A stretch of 64,000 nt of DNA from an uncultured virus (IMG/VR IMGVR_UViG_3300030202_002298) (lineage: Duplodnaviria > Heunggongvirae > Uroviricota > Caudoviricetes): positions 1 to 64,000 of IMG/VR virus record IMGVR_UViG_3300030202_002298; one strand, given 5' to 3'. The notes beneath the pieces are model-generated. The model was not told where the DNA came from. It saw only the letters and a program-made list of their open reading frames with translations, and did not search any database. Made by a program: the position numbers and the translations under genes. Numbering within the stretch: the first letter of the stretch is position 1; each line of letters begins with the position of its first letter. Of this stretch, positions 59,301 to 64,000 are shown in pieces.

Positions 59301-62300
59301 TAGCTGATCTGCAATAGAGAGTGTCGGTGTCAAAATAAATATCCGAAGTTCCGCTATAACCGAATCTGTAGGAACTGCCGTTAGCATTAGCAATCTGAAT
59401 TTTAGAGTCAGGAGCAGTTACCCCTCCAATGCCGCAATTTCCATTTGTATCAATTACAAAACGAGGGCTACTGTCTAGGTTGCCAGCATTGTTTTCGCTG
59501 ATAAAAAACCCAGCACCATTTTGGCCAATAGATGTTGAACCTCCTGACCCTTTAAATATCAGAGGGACTTCACCTTTGCTTGCATCGCCAATCGTTATCC
59601 CTTGTTCACTTGCGGCTGGAGTTACTTGGAGAGTTCCTGTGATTGTGCCGCCAGATGAGTTTAGTATTAGTTTCTGACTGTTCTGAACTCTGAACTCTAA
59701 GTTGCCGCCGATACTGTCAACAATGCCTGAAGTGTTCCCGTTGGAGTATGTTAGCTTAATTCCATACGTTGAACTTTGTGTGAAGTTTGCTGCACCGTTT
59801 GAATCTATCTCAAATTTCTTACTTCCGCCGCCAAAACTACTGCCTGTCCAAAATTCTATTCCTCCTTGACCGTGAAGTTTTAATCCTGCTGTAGAATATT
59901 TTAGTGCTAATCCTCCACGGTTCCCCCCGCTGTCAGCTAATATCAAGTAAGGTTGCCATGTATTTGCTGTTTGTGAAACATTTCTAACGTAAACAGTACC
60001 AGTGCTATCTGAAGAATTTCTAAAACACGCATGACCAGCACCCGCCGAATAAAGACCTAAAAGCTCATTGCTTGAAGATATGGTAGCTGCGGTTCCTATG
60101 CCTAAAAAAGAACCACTCAGCGTCATTTGCTGAGAGTTGTTGGTGAAAAACTTTAACGTGGAATTTGTAGCTTCAATTCGCTCATGTGAGTCAGCCCATT
60201 GCAGTGAGTATCCGTGGTCTAAGTTTAAATGACTGTTATCAATTATTAAATCGCCACTTAAATTAGTATTACCTCCTGATGAAACAGAAAAATAATGTGA
60301 TCCGTTTTGCTCAACTTTAAGTAAAGGATAACCTGAAGAAGTTCCTGACGAGGAAGCGTTAATCCTCACACCATACGGAGTTGTGCTACTTGTTTGGAAA
60401 TGTGCAGAATAAGTTGAACCACTGCTAATTGTATGAATCCTAGAGTCGGGTAAAGTTGTGTTTATACCAACATCTCCATTTTTTACGATCAGTCCGGTGT
60501 GAGTGGTAGCCCCATTAGAATCTACCGTTGTAAGCTGTGCATAACGGTCAGACGAAGCGTTGTTACCTTTAAGAAGTAAAGCACCTCCGTAACTTCCACT
60601 CCACATTGGGAGGTTGTTTCCGATCTGTATTTTTCCATCACCCCGCACAAGCATTAGGCTAGTGCCGTTACTGTATGTTGTATTGTTTGTTCTAACGTGG
60701 AGTACCTCTACATCTGAACCATCGTTAACCGTTGAAATTACAGTCCCATCATACTCTGAGGTGTTGCCCGAATTATGAAGCCATGCAACAGGAGTGTTAG
60801 CTGCACCTGAACTACCAGAGACAGTTAAAGGGCCACCAATTGTTGTTGTATTCCCACTTGTCCCGCACAAAGCAACGCCTCCAGCCCGTTTAACAACCAA
60901 GTCCATGTTGTTGACGTTTGGTTGATATACATACCAATCACCGTTGCTAGTCCCATATGCAGGGGTTGTATTATAAGCCATGCCCATCCGTGCGGAATTA
61001 GCATAAGTGGAGTTGGTAAAAAATATTTCACACCATTGGCTGCTCTTTACCTCAATGCCGCATCTGGCAGAGGTGTTACCGAATTGAGCCATTTGTTGGC
61101 CTGATCCAGTTGCGGTTATGTTACCACTAAATATAGCGTTCCCGTTATACAACGTCAGAACATTGTTGCCTCCCGGTTGGCCACTCGTTTCACCTATTTT
61201 AAATGCTCCTGAATCAGTCCTATCAATACCTACACACCAGTTAGTTGTGTTGTCACCGAAGGAAATGTATGGGTCGTTATTCCCTGAAAATAACCTAAGT
61301 TTTGTTGCTCCCGAAGATTTGGAAACTGTTAAGTCACCACTAGGTATTTCTACATCACCAGCATTAAGTAACTTCAGTACTGTTTTTGGAGAACCAGTGT
61401 TATCGGTGATGAAATGAAAATCTCCTACATTTGTAGCGGTTTTATATTGATATGCAATTCGTCCATCAGCATTTCTCGCTCGGAAATCTAGATTAGCATA
61501 AACATTGTCAGCCTCTGTTGTGTTGTAAATTAAAAACCCCTGCCCAGCACCTCCACCACTTAACCCATCTTCTGTTACATTTGTGCCTGAACGTGCAAAA
61601 ACTACAGAAAGAGTTTTATTCGGTGTTGTGCTACCTATGCCTACCGAATCACTACCGATAGTCATCACCGCACTATTGTTGTCCCAGATTTGCGTTTTTA
61701 AATTACTAGCATCAGCAACAATGCGTCCGACTATAGTATGATCTAGTCTCCTCCAGATTAACGCTGACGATGTTCCTGTGTTTGTTGGTACATCAATGTA
61801 GGTTGTGTTATTAACCTCTAGTTGACCTGATAAAACGCCATTGTTGTCCTCGGTTAATTCAAACGCTGTATTGCTGTCTGTGGTGTTTCTAAATTTTAGT
61901 CCAGTGCCAGCGACATAAACCTTCCAATCATCTGTACCACTCTCCGCTGAAACTAATGAGAGTGCGGGGTCGCTTGATGTAGAAATTAAAAGATCGCTGC
62001 CAATAGTCCCACCATTGAACGAACTACTTGTCTGAATTACGTTACCACTAGAATCAACTGCTAGATATTTGGCTACCGTTCCTGTTAAACCACTGCCACC
62101 GTATTTGTTTAATTTAAGCTGCCCCGTTTCCCCGCTTACCTCTAACAACCAGTCAGTAATCGCCCCAGATTGCCCATGCCTACCTATACTGAAGTCTGCT
62201 CCTGAAGTGTTATTATTATTACTGTCTAGATTTACAAACAGTCCTCCGAAAGTATTAATTCGTAAGTCATCCGCAGCATTACCTGAACTGTTACGACTAC

Positions 62301-63603
62301 CAATAGCGTGTTCCGTGTGACCCCCGCCATAAAATGTTATATAAGGAGCCTGAGATGCGAAGTCTATATTTTGAGCAAAAGTCACCTTGCCGTTGCTGGC
62401 TATAGTTACCCTCTCCGTAGCGTCAGTATAAAACTTTAGATAATCTCCGCCATTGCTCCCGACTATCTTTGCTTTGGTTCCACCCCACCTAATGCTTTGC
62501 CCGTCATCAAGAAATGAATCACCATTGTTTATTCTAACATCGCCATTGACTTGAAGTCTGTAGCTAGGTGTGCAAGCGATCCCTACCTTGCCATTATCAG
62601 CAACAGTGAATCTTGTAGTGCCAGCGGTTTGCACATAAAAATAATCATTGCTGACAAACATACCAGTATTCGCGTCTGTATCGCCAATATTGTAACCATC
62701 TGAGACTGCTATACGGCCGTTGTGAACATGAAGCTTTTGGCTTGGCTCAATTCCTAAACCCAGCGATCCATTCTGCATGAAATACCACTTGCGAGTACCG
62801 TTAATGCCGATAAACAAATCGGATGAACCCATCTCTAAGTCGGCATAGGTTCCATTCTTGTTTATTCTAAGTGTCGGGTTGTGAGAAGCAGTATAAATTT
62901 CTAGGTCTTTAGCTGGGGCTGAACTGCCTATGCCAACGCCCGTTGATTTTACAACAAGGTGATTCTCGTTGAACGTAGCACTAGCATTAAATTTTAAAGC
63001 AGTTGATGAATGATCCCATCCGATTTTTGCATTAGCTGATGTATCAGAAAAAAGTATGTAGTTGTCATGCGAAGTGCCGCCTTTAACCTCAATGCCAGTA
63101 TGACTAGACGTTTCAACTGTCAGGTTGCCCGTAAGTGTGCCGCCAGTTGCGGTTATTGCTCCACTAAATGTAGCGTTACCGTTTTCTGACCCGTCCAAAG
63201 TCAAAGCAGTTTTTACAGTGCCACCATCCTTGATCTTAAAAAGAATATCTTTGTCATCAATAGGGTTTTGAATAACAAAGTTGTTTGAAGAGTTTTGTAA
63301 AATCCCAAATCTAACTCCATCATCTTTAAGGCTAATAGTATCGCCACCAGCGTCTAAAACAATTCCATCAGCGGAGTCTATTATAAAGTCGCTAGTTGAC
63401 GCGATTGTTCCACCGATAGTTAAAGTGCCACTAAGTGTGCCGCCAGCTAGGGGGAGATGATTGTTTAACTGTAGAACACCATTGGCAGCGGCATTGCCGA
63501 CATAGAGTTTACTGTCATGTAGATTAACTGCTAACTCGCCAGCCGCTAAACCGCTAGGTACGCCAGCAGTTGCCTTGCGCTTAATCTGAAGTGTATTAGC
63601 CAT
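56320..63603 (-). CDS. Giant (2427 aa) tail fibre / receptor-binding protein
   Basis: N-terminal LQIKR...LAAGELAVN...KLYVG; many G[NK]VGIG repeats; C-terminal KSFKIPHP...LRHSSLEGPE...LPDYW domain. Confidence 0.85.
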   Translation of the reverse strand: MANTLQIKRKATAGVPSGLAAGELAVNLHDSKLYVGNAAANGVLQLNNHLPLAGGTLSGTLTIGGTIASTSDFIIDSADGIVLDAGGDTISLKDDGVRFGILQNSSNNFVIQNPIDDKDILFKIKDGGTVKTALTLDGSENGNATFSGAITATGGTLTGNLTVETSSHTGIEVKGGTSHDNYILFSDTSANAKIGWDHSSTALKFNASATFNENHLVVKSTGVGIGSSAPAKDLEIYTASHNPTLRINKNGTYADLEMGSSDLFIGINGTRKWYFMQNGSLGLGIEPSQKLHVHNGRIAVSDGYNIGDTDANTGMFVSNDYFYVQTAGTTRFTVADNGKVGIACTPSYRLQVNGDVRINNGDSFLDDGQSIRWGGTKAKIVGSNGGDYLKFYTDATERVTIASNGKVTFAQNIDFASQAPYITFYGGGHTEHAIGSRNSSGNAADDLRINTFGGLFVNLDSNNNNTSGADFSIGRHGQSGAITDWLLEVSGETGQLKLNKYGGSGLTGTVAKYLAVDSSGNVIQTSSSFNGGTIGSDLLISTSSDPALSLVSAESGTDDWKVYVAGTGLKFRNTTDSNTAFELTEDNNGVLSGQLEVNNTTYIDVPTNTGTSSALIWRRLDHTIVGRIVADASNLKTQIWDNNSAVMTIGSDSVGIGSTTPNKTLSVVFARSGTNVTEDGLSGGGAGQGFLIYNTTEADNVYANLDFRARNADGRIAYQYKTATNVGDFHFITDNTGSPKTVLKLLNAGDVEIPSGDLTVSKSSGATKLRLFSGNNDPYISFGDNTTNWCVGIDRTDSGAFKIGETSGQPGGNNVLTLYNGNAIFSGNITATGSGQQMAQFGNTSARCGIEVKSSQWCEIFFTNSTYANSARMGMAYNTTPAYGTSNGDWYVYQPNVNNMDLVVKRAGGVALCGTSGNTTTIGGPLTVSGSSGAANTPVAWLHNSGNTSEYDGTVISTVNDGSDVEVLHVRTNNTTYSNGTSLMLVRGDGKIQIGNNLPMWSGSYGGALLLKGNNASSDRYAQLTTVDSNGATTHTGLIVKNGDVGINTTLPDSRIHTISSGSTYSAHFQTSSTTPYGVRINASSSGTSSGYPLLKVEQNGSHYFSVSSGGNTNLSGDLIIDNSHLNLDHGYSLQWADSHERIEATNSTLKFFTNNSQQMTLSGSFLGIGTAATISSSNELLGLYSAGAGHACFRNSSDSTGTVYVRNVSQTANTWQPYLILADSGGNRGGLALKYSTAGLKLHGQGGIEFWTGSSFGGGSKKFEIDSNGAANFTQSSTYGIKLTYSNGNTSGIVDSIGGNLEFRVQNSQKLILNSSGGTITGTLQVTPAASEQGITIGDASKGEVPLIFKGSGGSTSIGQNGAGFFISENNAGNLDSSPRFVIDTNGNCGIGGVTAPDSKIQIANANGSSYRFGYSGTSDIYFDTDTLYCRSANGGVNTMTLRNGNLGIADTLPNSKLDVSGEIKTHSTTDKISNGAMASTSSWTMYNGGNVAITTSSAPWKILNGVASFDDSSNGTLAQDSVFVANDSGKTFKLSFTIQVGSGGLANIWIGNKLGSGSAYTSSNGYVSYGNGTHTIEIVPTDTTLGFWANTAGGNFNIDNISCHEQHSRIGDTATFNGKVSIIGKTGYLLDVQQTTVNWTGRFENNGGAYGLSIDTANNIVNDVPNLACYTPTGTGVFVSNRGRLGIGLSAATKKLTIYDTTPVKMALQNNSSGTGASDGLEFYLSGLNAGIHNYENGAINFATNNTNRLTITNAGALQLENSGGDSYIKHISGRGLTIGEVNGDPDNNALRLAGYSTTSNYGSYGGLLFHANTGHTSSARRFLVTNAYGTNKFAIIRSSSATTDPDLSGTADFMIYNDGNIKIQNALGIGAFPSYPFHVQKSLTGNWVSKIYNTATSGNSGGLLVRMDEPGSSGMALGVNVNGTYKFGVKANGEVFVGASEAFYLDGGSNTYIYENSADSIGFVTGGTARAFVNNTGLGIATNAPDSKIHAVTSGTTYAGHFQTSSTTPYGVRISVNSSGTSAGYPLLYIDENGSQKFRVDSGGNVVISDKLYFGADTYQHNSTNTSLITVTDHGWLQTGPQNSSFCHFMTDRPSFYFNKQTYFERNIGPYADAVRDSGAYNLRWLNTFSAFFRSGDGSAGNPGITFINDLNTGIFRSANDTMEFTSGGNSRMSVSNSGIRFHDAYTFPTSAPSSAGQVLTAPSSGTTLEWADQSGGGSGSGTVSSSSVTSSTTNGNIAVYTDSTTVKQAPRLFYNGSDHSLTVNKTSPGNENLHVVGDAQITTRLGVGTSPNSSYTAFFSGNIYSNGDIGGYSKSFKIPHPTKEGMNLRHSSLEGPEIGVYQRGEVQGDTIDLPDYWAGLVRDGTVTVQLTPKGSYQKLFVISASNIEIKIGEADGNAIDCYYTIYGERADIDRYEVEYEGQI

Positions 63604-63606
63604 TTA

Positions 63607-64000
63607 CTAAAATGTTCCACAGTCTATTGTTAGGTTTGCTGGTTCTTTTGTTTTTACCCAGGTGGTTCCGTTTGATTCAAGAATTCCGTATGAATTTGCA
63701 CCTGAAGAAGTATGTCCAAAACCAGCTATAGTGTTTAAGTCAGCGTCATACGCTTGAACATCTCCACCTATTGTTAAGCCAAGATTGGATCTAGCTCCAC
63801 TAATGGTTGAAGCTCCTGTACCTCCATCTGCTACAGCAAGATCGCCTTGTGCGCCAATACCAGCATGAGTCAAGTCTACCTGAATCTCACCAGCATTAAT
63901 CTCCAAACCAGCATTGGCTTTTAAATCTACACTAAGAGTATCACCAACTTTTTGGAGTCCGTTGCCAGCAGTAATCTGCCCTGCTCCAGAGAACTGAGAG
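63607..64000 (-). CDS. C-terminal part of another tail fibre-like protein (extends past the right edge)
   Basis: Frame open to the edge: SQFSGAGQITAGNGL...LAVADGGTGAST...ARSNLGL...IDCGTF. Confidence 0.75.
   Translation of the reverse strand, partial: SQFSGAGQITAGNGLQKVGDTLSVDLKANAGLEINAGEIQVDLTHAGIGAQGDLAVADGGTGASTISGARSNLGLTIGGDVQAYDADLNTIAGFGHTSSGANSYGILESNGTTWVKTKEPANLTIDCGTF

Noticed and set aside
57491..60450. Duplicated fibre segments as a DGR template/variable repeat pair
   Set aside because: Mismatches are not restricted to adenines, both copies are in-frame coding sequence, and there is no reverse transcriptase in the window.
389..62320. Many 60-150-aa plus-strand ORFs in the track
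   Set aside because: They are antisense shadows of long minus-strand genes, with Ser/Leu/Phe-rich composition; only 40287-40837 and 49965-52825 look like real plus-strand genes.
1..64000. Alternative genetic code or stop-codon reassignment
   Set aside because: Long genes are intact in code 11, all three stop codons terminate genes, and there is no suppressor tRNA.

Overview
The window is most of the genome of a temperate tailed dsDNA phage, apparently in free (non-integrated) form. It is podovirus-like: no tape-measure or tail-tube gene is evident, and there are large internal/ejection proteins. Nearly all genes are on the minus strand. The layout is: virion and packaging module (1-24182, probably continuing at about 54700-64000 via sequence outside the window); a tyrosine recombinase coupled to the terminase genes; an early/accessory region (25.7-39.4 kb, with a C5 MTase, a minimal ligase, an RlpA-like protein and a MoxR AAA+/VWA pair); an ~800-bp non-coding stretch; a lambdoid-style replication/recombination module (HU, DnaB, initiator with iterons, resolvase, SSB, split Cas4-like exonuclease, Sak-like annealase); and a lysogeny module (Xis, divergent RHH regulators, integrase). 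The most notable points are: (i) an intact attP whose 7-bp overlap is the CAT anticodon loop but which carries no tRNA half, with a complete separate tRNA-Met next to it as a likely replacement; (ii) a PVC-style type IV pilin-like mini-protein ending in a CxxCH motif; (iii) a pair of DUF2589-like genes behind a 2427-aa tail fibre; (iv) nine same-strand copies of TTAGTGTCAC in front of genes. All family calls come from motif recognition by eye; no database searches were run.
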